NCBI GenBank assembly: GCA_025594325.1
Contig: JANHCV010000006.1
Span: forward strand, 372,001 to 436,000
Direction of reading: 5' to 3'
Origin: Blastocladiella emersonii ATCC 22665
Taxonomy: Eukaryota > Fungi > Blastocladiomycota
Length of the DNA: 64,000 nt
Part shown: piece by piece, positions 43,847 to 58,170 of the stretch
Numbering within the stretch: position 1 is the first letter of the stretch
How the letters are laid out: each line of letters starts with the position of its first letter
Translations under genes and position numbers: made by a program
The notes under the pieces: model-generated
The model's database searches: none
What the model saw: the letters and a program-made list of their open reading frames with translations, nothing else
What the model was told of the DNA's origin: nothing

Positions 43847-44146
43847 CTTTATGGCGTGCAGTGGCGATACATGGAGGCGAGGTGCATAGGATGAGAGAGA
43901 GGGAGGTCTTGGCGGTCGATGGCTGAGCCAGGGCGCAGGCAGGCAGGCAGCTGCGGTGCAAGCCAAGTCGCGACTTTCTGCGACCGCTGACCGACCGACC
44001 AGACCAGGCAGTCTATTTCGCGGCCACGGCGTGCGCGTTAGATTCGCGCCTCCCTATCCCTTCCAGAACGCCTTGCTTATGAGATGATATATTGGACGAC
44101 GACAAGGATGACGGAGAGAAAACAACAAAACAAACCACACGCACAC

Positions 44147-47070
44147 TCAGCGGTGGTACACGCTGCCGGCAGCCGACGGGTCGCGCGACTCGTGGATGCG
44201 GGCCTGGAGCTGCTCGGCCTGGCGCTGGTCGCGTGCGACGCGCTCGACCTGCGAGTACATGTCGGCGGTAGTCGCGTCGATCCACTCGAGCGCGCGGAGG
44301 TGCGCGTTGAGCACCTCGGCCACCTGCGTGAGCGGGTTAGCCGCTGCGGCCGCAGCCGCCGCCGAGACGGAAGACGACGCCGACGACATGTCCATGGCGC
44401 CGAGCGGCCCGCCGAGCCCGTCGGCACCCGCGCCGGTGCGCGCGTTGACCTCGGCGACGAGCTGGTCGAGGTCGTCACCGAGCGAGTCGAGGAGCTCGTT
44501 GACCTCGAGCGCCTTGTTGAACGCGGCCTCGCGGTCCATATCGACCGCAGCCGCCGCGTTCCCGGCGGCAGACCCGGGCGCGCCCTGCGGGAACTTGGCC
44601 TTGACGAGGTCAGCGATGGCGGCCTCGCACGACGTGAGGGCCTCGTCCATATCGTTCTGCGACGCGGCAATCGACTCGAGCGCGTCGTCGACGCGCGCCT
44701 GGGTCTCGGTGAGCGCCTTGGCCTGCGTGTGCAGCGTCGCGAGCTGGTGCGACGCCGACACCATGGCCGCGTCCCACTCCATGACCTTCTTGGCCTGCTG
44801 CTTGAACACCATGGTGTGGTCCGCCAGCTCGCGGTTCCACTTGTTGACCAGGTCCTCGAGCGTCCGGTTCGCCAGCGCGTCCTGCGGCGCCGCGGCGACC
44901 ACGGGGCCCGCGGGCGCCGGGGCCGGCGCAGCGGCGGCCGCCGACGTGGCCGGGGCCGAGACGGCAGGCGCGGCTGCAGCAGCAGTGGACGTGGCAGGGG
45001 CGGGCGCCGCGACCGACGTCGAGATCGGCGGGACCGCGGGCTTACTCGTCGCCGCCGCGCCGCCGAAACCCGCGAGCGGGGCCGTCGTCAGCTTGGACGC
45101 ACCGGGCGCCGCCGGCGCGCCGAACCCGCCGAGCACCGGGGCCGCCGCCGGGGCAGCCGCCGCCGACGATGCAGCGGGCGCCGCGGCCGAGGTAGCGCCG
45201 GGGAACGCGAACGCAGCCGCCTTGGGCTTCTCAGCACCGGCCGCGGCCGCCGACGTGGTGGGCAGGCCGCCGAGCGCGGGCGCGGGCGCACGGCCGAAAG
45301 TGGGCATCGAGGTGGCGGGCGCGGACGGGGCCGAGCCGACCTTGGGCGTGCCGAGCTCGTTCATCGTCATGGGCCCGGGCGTGCCTGGTGGGGCCGCAGC
45401 GGCACCGCCGAGATTGCCGAACAGGGGGGCCGGGGCCGCCGACGTGGCGGGAGCCGCCGAGGTCGTGGGCTTGGAGAAGTTGAAGGCGCCGAGCGCGGGA
45501 GCAACGGGGGCAGCTGCAGCCGAGGTCGCGGGAGCCGCCGAGTTCGCGGGCTTGAGCTGGCCGAGGCTGAAGCCGCCAAGCGCCGGGGCAGCGGCGGGAG
45601 CAGCCGGCGCCGCCGAAGTCGCCGGAGCCGCCGACGTCGTGGGCTGGCCGAAAGCGAAAGTGGTCGGGGCAGCGGGGGCAGCGGCCGAGGTGGCGGGGGC
45701 AGCAGCGGTCGAGGTCGCCCCCAGGCCGAACCCGAAGGCGGGGGCCGGCGTAGCGGCCGTGGTCGCGGGAGCCGCGAGAGACGACGTCGCCGCGGGTTTG
45801 CCGAAAGAAGCACCACCGAACGCGAAGGCGTTGGCCGCCGGGGCCGCGGACGTCGAGGGCGCGGCCGAGGTGGCGGCGTTGGTGCCGAACGTGAAGCCGC
45901 CGGTGGCAGGAGCCGCGGCCGAGGTGGTAGCAGGAGCGGCCATGCCGAAGGTCGGAGCAGCCGAGGTGGCGGGAGCCGACGACGCAGGGGCGCCGAACGT
46001 GGTGCCGCCGGGCGCGGCCGAGGTGGCCGTGTTGAACGAGAAGGCGGACGTCGCCGGGGCGGCCGAGGTCGTGGGCGCCTGGGACGCGGCACCAGCGTTA
46101 CCGAAGGCGGAGGCGCCGAAGCCGGTGGTCGGGGCGGCACTGGTCGTGCCGAACGTGGGCGCAGCGCTCGTAGCGCCGAACGTAGAAGCGGCGCTCGTGG
46201 CACCGAACGCGGGAGCAGCGCTCGCAGGCGCACCGAAACCGCCAGTCGGGGCGGCAGCGGGAGCACCGAAACCAGTCGGCGCAGCGGGAGCAGCAGCGCC
46301 GAAGCCGGTCGGCGCAGCGGGAGCAGCGCCAAAGGCAGGAGCCGCGCTGGTGGCGCCGAAGCCCGAGGGCGCAGCGCTGGTCGCACCGAACGTGGGGGCA
46401 GCGGCGGCGGCAGCACCGAAACCGGTGGTCGGAGCCGCGCTCGTGGCGGCGCCGAACGGCGACGGGGCAGCGGACGCGGCGGGCTGAGTGCCGAAGCCGG
46501 ACGTGAAGCCGCCGAGAGCCGGGGCGGGAGCGCCCGACGACGCGGGCTGGGCCTGCGAGCCGAAGGTACCGAACGAGGGGGTACCGCCAGCAGCCGCGCC
46601 GAACGACGGAGCAGCGCCGGCAGCACCGAACGCCGGGGTAGCGCCAGCGGCCGCGCCGAAGCCGGAAGCGCCCGTGCCAAAGCCCGAGGGCGCGGCACCG
46701 GACGCGGGCGTAGCAGCAGCTCCGAACGCGGGGGCGCCCGTGTTGGCAGCGGCGCCGAAGGCGGAACCGAACGCCGAGGGCGCGTTGCCGCCGGCCGGGG
46801 TGCCGAACGCGCTGCCGCCCGCGGGCGCGCCAAAGGCGGACGGAGCGCCCGACGCGGCAGACTGCGCGCCGAACGTCGTGGCGGCATTGCCGAAGGAGAA
46901 GCCCGTCGAGCCAGCACCGGCCGCGGGAGCGCCGCTGGCGCCGGCGTTCGCACCGAACGCGCCAAAGCCTACGGACACGTGCTGCGGATCAGTGCTCGTT
47001 GATCATGGAGGGCGATAGGAGCAGCAGTTGACGCACCGCCAGTGGGTTTGTTATTACCGCCGCCGAACAT
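44147..47070 (-). CDS. NSP1: FG-repeat nucleoporin Nsp1/Nup62
   Basis: Exon 47070-47037 (MFGGGNNKPTG), intron 47036-46969, exon 46968-44147. Long FG/AFG/FSF repeat region and C-terminal coiled coil TLEDLVNKWNREL..FKQQAKKVMEWD..QVAEVLNAHLRALEWID. Confidence 0.93.
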
Positions 47071-49170
47071 GGTCGATGGAGGGGTGATCACTCGGCTGCA
47101 GACGGGTTGCTGGGGTGGTCGCGAGCGAGTCGGTGGGAGCTCGGACGAGCCGTTGATACGTTGCAGAAAGTGCGGGTTGCAGCAAGTGCAGCGCGAGTCG
47201 CCGGTGATGAGAGCGAGGGGGAGGAGGACGAAGAGCGCGTCGACCAGCCGGTCGCTGCGACCGGGCGAGCGAAAGCGGTTCCCGTCGAGTCAGATGCGGT
47301 CACATGCTCCCTTCGCTATCTGAATAACGCGCTTTGCTATCCGCATGCCGGCGCGCATGACCAGCACGCGACTGCCACACGGCGGAAACGCGAGACATTT
47401 TTTCGTCTCTCTCCTCGCGCACGCGCGCGTCTCCCCAAAGCTCTCCCGGCTCGATCGCGTCGAAGGCGCCGCGGTATTCGGGGAGGTCATGTGGCCGCTT
47501 TGCTTCGTGTGCGGGCCGCTGGCGCCGCCTCGGGCGGTGGTGGGTGGCCCGGTGGATGTTAATTTTCCCCTCAGCGAATCAACTTGCCTGTGTCTCCCTC
47601 CCGCCGTCGCCGACGCCTCCGCCACGCGCCGCCGCCTCCGCCTCCGCCCCGGCCTCGCCTCGCTTCGCTTCCCTCGCTCCGCCTTCTGCTGTCCACACCT
47701 GCAAGCGCCGACCCGTCCGAGCTCGTGCAACCCGCCCGCCACGACCGACCCGACACGACCGGCTCGCCTGCTCCACCGCCACCGACCACTCCCCCACTCC
47801 GCCGGCCCCCCTCGCGCAGCGCGTGCTCCCATCGCACCGATCTCGCACCGCCCCACTCCCCGCAACGCCTCGCCGCGGCCGGATCCAGCGTGATCGCGCC
47901 CGCCTGTCCTCCTCGCCGCCGTGCCACCCCGCAGGTGCGTGCGCCACGCTCACTGCCCGCTGTCGCTCAAGCTGACCCGACGCTCGCGTATCCTCCCTTG
48001 ATCCGTTCGCTCCTCGCGATCCGCACCGACCAACGCGCTCGTCGACAACAGCCAGCTTATACCCGCCTGCGGCCTCGCGCACGCCCCGCCTCGTCTCGCC
48101 CATCGCGCGCACGTCGTCCAACCCATCGCCCACGGTAAGCTCCTCCCCTTTTCTCGCTCGCTGACCCCCCTCCCACCCTATCCACCGATCACGGCGCCGA
48201 AGTGACAAGGGACGCGCCGCCGGCGAACGACACGCGCGCGCGTGATACGCGCTCGGAATGTCTCCCGCCTGCTCCCTCGCGCGCGGTCGCGCTCCCCCAC
48301 CCTCACGCCGCCCGCCGCGCGTCGGGTCCCCCGCCCGCCCACCCTCGCCCGCCCGCCCGCCCCGCCCTCCCACACGTCGCCTGCCCACCCCCGCGCCCGT
48401 GAATTCGACCCTAACTCACACGCATGCCCGCCCGCCCGCTCTCGCAGTAGACTGGACGCATCGTCGCAACGATAGAGCTCCCTCTCGGCGGTGTGTATCT
48501 CTCACCCTCTTGACGACGACGACGACGCGCACACTGCACGACACACACGCGCGCGCGTCTTCATCTCCCCCGCACATCGCTCCCCTCCCTCGCACCCGAC
48601 TCGCACGCGCCTGTGGCTGCCGCGTGAGCCACACTGATCACGGGCTGCGGCCGCGCCGGCGCGCCGGACTCGTTCCTTTCGGCGCCACACACCTTCTCGC
48701 GCGCTCATCTCGCCCCCGCGCAACGCTCGCTCGCCTCGCCCGAACTCTGCCATCGTTGCTCTGCACTGCCTGCACTCCCCTCCCACCGCCCCGCCCTGAC
48801 CCTGCGAGCTGCGCCTCAGCCCGTCCCACGCGCCTTCCTCTTTCGGCCCGCCCTCGCTCACCCGTGCTCCGCTACGCGTCGGGATCGCGATCGTTCCCGA
48901 ATTCTCTCGCCCGTCTCTCCACCCTCGCTCATCCGACCCTCGCGCCAAGTGTCCGTGTGTGTGCCGCGCGTGTGTGCGACGCTTCGTCGTCGTTGCCTTC
49001 ATCGGTCCGGATCCGAACATGAACTAACGCCCTGCCCCTCGCCCTCGCCTTAGCCACCATCCTCGGACGCCACCCGACCAACAACAACCGTAACCCGACG
49101 TCGACGACGACATCCTCGCCGGTCGACCACCACCTCCCCCTCCCCCACAGCCCCCTCGCCAACTGCAACC

Positions 49171-50262
49171 ATGGGTGACATTGCCGAGCGTATCAACGCC
49201 GCGCGCAAGGAGGCCGAGGCCCTCAAGGAGAAGATCAAGCAGAAGAAGGAGGCCCTCGCCGACACGACGCGTACGTTGCCTCCCTCTCGTGTTACTCGAA
49301 CCACGGCTAACCCATCGTGACACGTAGTCAAGGCCGTCGCCGCCGAGCTCGAGCCGCTGCCCCGCATCATGATGCGCGTGCGGCGGACACTCAAGGGCCA
49401 CCTGGCCAAAATCTACGCCATGCACTGGGCCATGGACAAGCGGCACCTCGTGTCGGCGTCGCAGGACGGCAAGCTCATCGTGTGGGACGCGTATACCACC
49501 AACAAGGTGCACGCGATCCCGCTGCGGTCGTCGTGGGTCATGACGTGCGCCTACGCGCCATCGGGCAACCTGGTCGCGTGCGGCGGCCTCGACAACATCT
49601 GCTCCATCTACAACCTGAAAACCAAGGAGGGGTCCGTCAAGGTGGCCCGCGAGCTGTCGGCCCACACGGGCTACCTGTCGTGCTGCCGTTTCCTGTCGGA
49701 CCGCCAGATCATCACCTCGTCGGGCGACATGTCGTGCATGCTGTGGGACATTGACGCCGGCATGAAGACGCTCGAGTTCACGGACCACACGGGCGACGTC
49801 ATGTCCCTGTCGCTGTCGCCCGACAAGAACATTTTCGTGTCGGGCGCGTGCGACGCGTCGGCCAAGGTGTGGGACATCCGCACGGGCCGGTGCGTGCAGA
49901 CCTTCACTGGCCACGAGTCGGACATCAACGCCGTGGCCTTCTTCCCGAACGGCGACGCGTTCGGCACCGGGTCCGACGACGCGTCGTGCCGCCTCTTCGA
50001 CCTGCGCGCCGACCGCGAGCTCAACCAGTACACGCACGACAACATCCTGTGCGGCATCACCTCGGTCGCCTTCTCCATCTCGGGCCGCCTGCTGTTCGCC
50101 GGGTACGACGACTTCAACTGCAACGTCTGGGACACGCTCAAGGGCGAGCGCGTCGGCGTCCTCGCCGCCCACGACAACCGCGTCTCGTGCCTCGGCGTCT
50201 CGTCGGACGGCATGGCCCTGTGCACGGGCTCGTGGGACTCGCTGCTCAAGGTCTGGGCATAA
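49171..50262 (+). CDS. GNB: Heterotrimeric G-protein beta subunit (WD40)
   Basis: Exons 49171-49270 and 49328-50262. [43 protein letters not shown] and [30 protein letters not shown]. Confidence 0.98.
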
Positions 50263-50867
50263 GCCCCCGCCCATCGGTGGTGCGGCGCCGCCGGGTGTCG
50301 GCCGTGGACTCGTTCCTCCTCGCATGTTTCCTCCTCTCGCTCTCTCATGTACCACGTTCGCGTTCTTGTTCCTATCAAGCGTCGGTTACCTCTCCCTCCC
50401 TTCCCTCTTTTGCTCCTCGCCTTTGTCGTCTCGGCGAGGATGAGATCTCCTCCCTGCAGCTCGAAGCCGTTCACCCATCCCCCCCCCCCTTGCTGCACGC
50501 CTCCCTCCCTCCCTCCCTTGCATGCGATCCTCGTCCCTCCTCGTCCACTGCTCCCCGGCCCGTCCCTCCACCTCGACTGCCCTCCCCTCCCCTTGCGCAT
50601 TTGGTCCTCTTTCCCTCTCTCGCTTGATATTTTCGTGCCTCTGTTGTAATACTTTTTATGCCTAGCTGTTGCCGCTCTCGTTGGTCTCTCTCTCGCGAAC
50701 GCGCGGACGCGTCAGTCTCCCACTCCAAAAAATGTCTCGCGCCGCGCAATCATGTGACCGCGCGTTGACGTGCGCGTGACCCGTGTCTCGCACGCCGTTT
50801 TCGGTCCTCGCGGCGATCGACCTTGCGCTCCCTTCTCTCCGCCTTTGAGCGACCACCACTACCTGCA

Positions 50868-53067
50868 ATGTCAACTACCACGGCCGCCACGGCCAAGCCG
50901 GCGTCCATCGGGTTCGAGGCGCTCGCGGCCGACCGCCGCCCGCACGAGGAGCTGATCGTGGCCATGGAGCGCATGGAGTTCACGTTTCTCGTCGCGCCGC
51001 TCGATGGCCGCCGCGCGCCCGGCGAGACGCTGGATCTCGCCAAGGTGTCCCTCGACGAGCTGCGCGAGCCGCTTGAGCATGACGTGTTGCGGGTGCAGTC
51101 GTCGGGTACGTCGGCGGCGAGGTTTCGGGGGACGGTAAGCAGAGGGCTGATTTTGGGAGGTTTTGTAGACTTTGCGGGTGTCACGGTCGGCACCGTCGAG
51201 CACGGGTTCGACGCGGCCGTCGTCAACGACCACGAGATGCGGCTCAAGGCGAACCTGGTCCGATTCCGTCGACGCTAGCCCACACCCGCAGTCACGACTG
51301 ACACCCCGCCCCGCTCGCGTAGCACCTCCGCCGTCTGTTCAACTGGGCGGGCCACGCCGGCGTGTCGGCCGTGCAGTTGCCGCTGCCCACCTCGCCCTCC
51401 GCGATCCCCGAATTCGCCCGCGCCGTGCAATCCGCGTCTTCCCTCATCCCGTTCGCGACCATCTGGGTGCGCGTCTCCGTCTCGGACCCGGCGCACTGGA
51501 CGGCGTGGAACCTGGTCCGCTCGCTGGTCGGGCACAGCGCCAAGTACCACGTGGCACTCGAGGTGGGCGCGTCGCTGCCGGCGCACGGGTGGACGCGGTG
51601 GCACGCGGAACCCGTGGCCGCGCTCGTGCTCCCGACCGACGCGTTCCTGACGAACCGCAAGGGGTGCCCCGTGCTGTCCAAGCGGCACCAGGCGCTCGTG
51701 CGGGAGTTTCTCCCGCGCGAGCCGTACCTGTTCGTCACGCCGACGGTCCCAGTGGGTGCGGCGGCGACGGCGGAGGCGGGCGAGGTGGATCTCACGATGC
51801 ACGGACAGTACCTCGCGTACCTCCACCGCACGCAGCCCGCGCCGAGTGTGCGTGAAAAATTTGCCGACGGGTACGCCGACTATCTCCAGGCGCCGCTGCA
51901 GCCGCTCGCGGACCACCTCGAGGCCCAGACGTACGAGGTGTTTGAGAAGTGTGGGTTCAAGGTACGGCGAGCGCTGTTCTCGCGCACGGTTCTCCGCTCA
52001 CCCGCACGCGTTTCCCTAAATAGTACGCGCAGTACCAGGCCGCGGTCGCGCAGTGCCTCCGCGACCGCACCTCGGGCTCCGCCACCCCCGCCCAACAGAT
52101 CATCATGGTCGTCGGCGCGGGCCCGCGCGGCCCGCTCGTCGACTGTTGCCTGCGGGCGTCGGCGGAAGCCAAGGTGCCCGTGCGCGTGTACGCGGTCGAG
52201 AAGAACCCGAACGCGCTGGTCCCGCTGCGCCACAAGCAGCGCACCGAGTGGGGCAAGGACCGCGTCACGGTCGTGTACGCCGACATGCGCACGTGGCAGG
52301 CGCCCGAAAAGTGCGACATCCTCGTGTCCGAGCTCCTCGGGTCGTTTGCGGACAACGAGCTGTCGCCTGAGTGTCTCGACGGCGTGCAGCATGTGCTCAA
52401 GGGTACGTTATTGGACTTTGGGCGGACTGCGGAACTTCGGGCTGACCTGCAACCGTTTGTAGCCGACGGTGTCAGCATCCCGCAGTCGTACTCGCCGTGG
52501 CTCGCGCCCGTGTCGTCGGCCAAGCTGTACTCGGAGGCGGCCAAGCACAAGACGGTCGCGGCGCTCGAGACGTCATACGTGGTCATGATCCGCAACGCGG
52601 CGCTCGTCGCGCCGCCGCAGCGCGCATGGACCTTTCACCACCCGGCACCCACGATCCTGCTCGACAACGCGCACAACGAGAGGTACGCGAGCCTCGCGTT
52701 CGACGTCCAGGGCGACTCGGCGCTCGTGCACGGGTTCGCGGGGTACTTTGACTGCACCCTGTACAGGGACGTGACGCTGTCGACGCGGCCGGGCGACGAC
52801 CACTCGCCCGACATGACGTCGTGGTTCCCCATCTACTTCCCGATCCGCCACCCCGTGTTCGTCCCGCGCGGCGCCAAGATCGACGTCCACGTCTGGCGCG
52901 TCGCGGGCAACCACAAGGTCTGGTACGAGTGGGCCGTCGTGCCGCGCGTGCCCGCGACGGTGCATGGCGAGGAGGAGGAAAAGGAGCGCGTCGAGCTCGA
53001 AACGGCGGCCGGGTTCGCGAGCCTGATCCACAATGTTGGCGGAAAGAGCCACGCGATCGGGTTGTAA
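50868..53067 (+). CDS. PRMT5: Type II protein arginine methyltransferase (PRMT5/Skb1/Hsl7)
   Basis: Exons 50868-51105, 51169-51257, 51323-51961, 52024-52402 and 52463-53067. QAPLQPLADHLEAQTYEVFE, AVEKNPNA, DMR, VSELLGSFADNELSPECLDG, HGFAGYFD and SWFPIYFP. Confidence 0.95.
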
Positions 53068-54774
53068 GCAAGTGAAGTGAGGTGAGCGGCGCCAATAGAC
53101 GGCATCGAATCTCATCATATCATACCCTGGTGGATGCTTGAACCGAACTTGTCCTGAGTAGCCATCACCCGCACGATCAACTAAGTCCACGTCGAATGTA
53201 TTTCGCAAGCCCGAAACCGGAATCCATCACTTGTCGGACTAACCCGTCCTGATCAACGTGTACAGTGCGTCCCGCTCGCGGCAGAGCTCCTTGACATGCC
53301 GATTCAGCTGACAAACCAGCCCCTCTGCGGTCGCCAGCTTCTTGCCAAACGTCACCCAGGTCCTTTCCATGAAACGCATACGGCCAGTAAGGCATGGATC
53401 GTCACGAAGCCCGTCCAGCTCATCCAGCAGCGTCGCAGCTTCCGTCAGCCGAACGCGCGCGCAAGTAGTCCGGCCCATCAATGAAACCGAGCGGTAACGA
53501 ACATCGTTTCGCTTCCCACGAGGCGAAGCCCTTTAAAGCGGCGCGATAGATTGCGTCGACACTGCGAGACGAGTCGCCAAGGCTGACGTGGACCGGAGCG
53601 TCATCTGCATCGCGCGCAGAGAGTCAAAGCACAAGGAGAAGAGCATTGGGGGAGGGGCAGATGCCGAAAACTTGAGCCGACGTCCGCTACATATGCAACC
53701 GTACAACACTGGTCCGACACGGAGATGTTGGGCCCAGGGTGGATCGTTGCCCGTTCATACCCCGTCTTGAGGCACTCTTGTGCAGTGGAAGGTCGGGCAC
53801 CGAGCATGGCCAAGCCAGCAGTGTCTCTTGATGCGTGCGTATCGGGGTGCGACCGAGGAGGGAGGGAGAGTTCGTGCATGCAGCTGGTCCCGGTCCAAAC
53901 TGCTCTCGCCGCGCCACGAAGGCCGCGCGTGCGGCCAAGTACAGCAATGCAGCTAGCTCAGCTTCGTCTCGTGCTTTCACGCGCGGCTTGAGGTTGACAT
54001 ACATGCATTCAGCGAGGGAGGGGTCAACGCGACGACCCGCCGGTTGTTCGCGCCGACGCGCCGCGTTTCAAGACGCGGCGTGGGGGTGGCACAGCACACG
54101 CGCATGGCGCTATCAGTCCCTCGATCATAAATACAGCAGACTCACAGCATCGCGCACAGCTGCCGCCGCGCCACCTGCCCGCACCGTGCAACCAAGGCCG
54201 TTCGTGGGGCGGTCAACAAGCGATGCAAGAGTAATGTAACGACCGAACGATGCCTTGAGCGACCATGCAACTTCATTTGGTAAGGATTGCGGACGAGATC
54301 CTGGACCGCGGGCGAGACCATGGACCGAGGCCGCGACAGTTTATGAATGCGAGTCGTTCGCGGCCGACGCGTACGGTTGGCGAGAGAGCGTTCAACTCGA
54401 CGGCCGAAAAGGGAGGGTTCTCAGCATTGATACTGCCAACGGCAGATCTCTTCGCACTGGCTCGTCAAGTTCTGCGCAGCAAAGCGGAAGAAGTGATTGA
54501 CGACCGCTTAAACACTGCTGGTGCCGCCGCCGTGACCGTGTGAGGACCCTCGACAAGGACACGTTCCCGGGCACGTTCGCGCACCTCTTCACTGTCAGTC
54601 GCCCCGCGTGGCCCCAAGCACGCGCGCTGGCCGGCGTCCTTGCGAAGTCCCGGTTCTTCGTCGCCACGCGCACGGCTCGACGCGACGTCGCGGCACATCG
54701 TGTTCCATATTATCCTCAAGTCTGCCGCTTCTTGCTTGAACTGAACATGGCGCGAACACGCTTACCGCGTGGCC

Positions 54775-57700
54775 GGCGTGGGAGCCGCGTCGCATCATGT
54801 TCCTCATCATTCGTGGGCGCTCCCCGAAATAAGTGGCCCCGAGCCGAGAGGACGCTCGTTTCAGAGTCCGCATTCATCATCGCATCATGGACGCGCGGCC
54901 TCACGCCGTGCTTGCCCCTGCGTTCCCCGCACGCTGCAACGTAGTCATGCGACGCGTTTCGGGCGTCGTTGTTGTTACTGCGACTCATCCGCCCGCCGCC
55001 CACGCCGCCCACTCGCCCCACGCGGAAGGCGGCTATTCCTGCTCATCCTGCCATTTGATCGAACAAGACGGCGCAGACACGGTGCGATCGAGCGCCCATG
55101 CAAACACCATGGTGCCGCTGCCATGTTCGCGCTTGCGCGTTGGCAAACGGCTTACCCGTTTGAATCACCGTTCATTTCCTCGCCATGTGGACAGGAACGG
55201 CAACAGAGCCGGGGCAGTCGTCTCGCCGCTAATTATGGCGCCGGCACGCGTGTTCATCATCTCGCGGACGCCGTGAGTGGCAGGCTTCGAGGTCGGGTGT
55301 GTGACCGCCAACCCGGGCGTGAGATGCACTTACCGTGTGTGTCGCGAGTCATGGCCCCACATGTACCGCGTCGCCTCACCGAACAAGGGCGCGCTCGTGC
55401 TCGCGATCATGCTCGTCCTCACCGTTTGCTTGCAAGCTCGTCCGCGCGCGCGGCACGCGGGCCCACGATGCGACGCGGACCGCAGATGGCGATCAGGCCT
55501 CGTTATTTGATCGGCTTTCGCCGACGGGTTGATCCGCTCAATGCGGGAACGACTTAAGATCACCAGCGTCGTGAGTGCTACGATCGAGTCTTGCGAACAA
55601 AATCTGTGATCTACCCGTGATCTCCCTATTACTCGCAGATGCCACTGTTTGAGAAACATGTAACGTGGTCTGCTTGACGTAATGCGGCCATTTATTCCCG
55701 TGTTTTGCGTCTTCGTCACGGCGGAGGACGAGAAAAATTGGTAGCAGCGGGAGCGGACGCGCGCGCGCAACGCGTCGCGTGCTGTTCGCGGCGTGGGGGT
55801 GGCGCAGCCCGCGCGCGATGGCGCGATCAGTCCCCGATCACGCCGCCAGCTGATAACATCACTCACCGCCGCCACACTTGCAAACGTTGCACGCGCGCCC
55901 CGCCAACAGCAACCTCGACCGCCACCAACGGAGGAAGGACAATGTCACTGACGAGAAACGCTTCGAGCGGCCATGCAACTTCATGCAGCGCGATGCGCAG
56001 CCGAGATTTTGTGAGTTGGCGGCGTCTAGAGGTCGAAGTCGAGCGGCTCATGTCCGAGAGCAAAAACCTGCCGTGAGGTCTGAGAGCCGCCTCAGTCGGA
56101 GGCGAACGAGGGTTGGCGGCGGCGATCCCGCCAGCGGCGGATCTCCCCGAGCCGCCGCCGCGTCGCCGCCAAGCGCTCTGCGCGGCAGTTCGGGACAAGC
56201 GGCCGGCAGCGCTGCATCACCGCCGCCGCCGCGAGGTGCCCTCCAACGATGCCGTTCCCCAGCACGTTTTGCGTCCGATAATCCCGACGCCGTCTCCGCT
56301 GCCGCCGCCGATGCGCGCTCCGCGTGGCCCCATCGCGAGCGCGTGCGCCCCGGCGCGCGGCTCCATTGTCAGTGCCGAGTGCGTCGGGTACCCGACCGCT
56401 CGGCGCGACACCGCGTCGTGCCACGTCGTGGGGGGGGGGGGTGGCGGCGCGCGATCGCTCCGCTGCCTCGCGCGGGACCGAATTTGGCCGTGCAGCCTTG
56501 ACGCCGGCCCGACTTACTGCCGCCGCCACTCGCGCGGAGTGGGGCCGGCTCATCTGGCCCGCGCTGATCATCTCTCGGGCGAGGAGATGTTGGCGCGCAC
56601 GAGCGGGAGGGAGTGTGGCTCCTGTGCTCGCGCCGTCGCGTGCGGCATGATGACCACGTCGCCAATGATGCCGGGACACCCCAACCGGCGCTATTTCGAG
56701 GTCGTCCGACGTGGCATATCCTCGCACGAGTGCTGAACCGACCGACCCGCACGCGTTGGCCCGCACTTCCGCTGGCGGATGAGCGTGCGGGGACGAGAAC
56801 GCTTGGACGCTGAAACTGCGCCGCCCCCAAGTTCGCCGCGACCTACTCGATCCGGCGAGTATGCGGAGACACGGGCCGCCTCGCCGGCGTGGGAGCCTCG
56901 CCGGCGTGGGAGCCGCGCCGCATCATCTCGTTCATCATCGTTCGCATCATCATCGCAAGGACGGGCCCTGTTCATTGGTTCGCGGCCGTCGCCGCAGCCA
57001 GCGTGGCCCTGACTCCGTTGGGCGCTAATACTTGTTTCAGGCCCGCGTTCATTTCGGAGACGGACGCGGCCCCACGCTGCGCTTGCCCCCTCCCCCGCGA
57101 CCTTCCCCGCGTGCGCGCTGCGGCGACCGCGTGGTCATGAGACGCGTCTTGGGCGTCGCCGCCGCCGCCCAAATGGTCGGCTGCCCGCCCACTCACCCTA
57201 CTCGGCATGGTGGCTATTCCTGCTCCACCATCCGGATCCGATGGCGAGCGGGCGAACGAGCGCGGACACGGTGCGATCGGGCGGCCGTGCAAACATGGAC
57301 ACGGTTTCTTTGCCTTCCCCGCAAAACGCGCGTTGCTGCTGCTCGGCCGCGCGCTCAGAACTCGATCGTCGCCCGCTCACCGACTGCCGCGACTGTGGCC
57401 ATGTCTGCATTCTTGGCGGGGATGCGAGTGAGCGCGTGCGCCGCTAATTATGGCGGCGTTCATCTTCTCGCCACGCGGGGTGCGGGGGTGCGGTCAAGTC
57501 CGGTGCCTCAGCCCGCGATTCTCGCGTCACGGCCGACCAACCAGGCATGCTGGGCCTTGCGCCCCAACTGATCTTATCATCATCCGCAACGCGTGGGAGC
57601 CGCCGCACTTGTCGCGCGGTCGCGGCCATGATGGGCTCGTGCGCGCCGCCGTCCGTGGGAAGCGATGCGGGTCGTGCGATAGGATCGCGAGGGTCACAGG

Positions 57701-58170
57701 CGTGAGAGATGTGCCGACCAACTGCGCGGGCCCACATGTGCCACGCGCGACGGCGGACGCGATGCGCGAATGGAGAGCTCGCGAGCGGGCGGGCGCGTCG
57801 CTGTGCCCACTCACCGCTTGCAAGCTCGTCCCTCAGTAGCGCGAGTGGGCCCATGGTGCGACACGCGACAAGGATGGTGATCAGTCCCGAGTCGATTGAT
57901 CGCCTTTGACCGCCATGTTGATCCGCTCACGGAAGCGGGAGTTGGAGCAGCGGGCAGCGCGAGTGCCGCGATCGAGTCGCACCAACAGAATCCGTGATCT
58001 CGCCGTGATCTCCCTTGTATCCTCGGCCGCGCTTGCATGAGAAGCGTGTCTCATAATTTACTTGACCTGATGCGGCTGGTGATTCCCGCGCCCCGTGCCT
58101 GTATAGCGGTAGAGGGCGAGGAAACTCAGCGGCGGCGACAGCGGGCGCGTGCGTGCAACGCGTCGCGTTT
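54775..58170. repeat. Degenerate direct duplication of a ~1-1.3-kb non-coding block (about 54775-55790 versus 56900-58170)
   Basis: Collinear shared words: GCGTGGGAGCCGCG (54777/56907), GGCTATTCCTGCTC (55031/57212), CTAATTATGGCG (55229/57445), GTTGATCCGCTCA (55528/57918), GTGATCT..CCGTGATCTCCCT (55606/57994) and GCAACGCGTCGCGT (55767/58156). Confidence 0.7.

Noticed and set aside
44084-47002. 972-aa and 763-aa plus-strand ORFs
   Set aside because: Antisense shadows of the NSP1 FG repeats.
47900-49150. Possible 5' UTR introns of the G-beta gene (donors near 47935 and 48134, acceptor at 49150)
   Set aside because: Plausible, but cannot be validated without a reading frame or transcript data.
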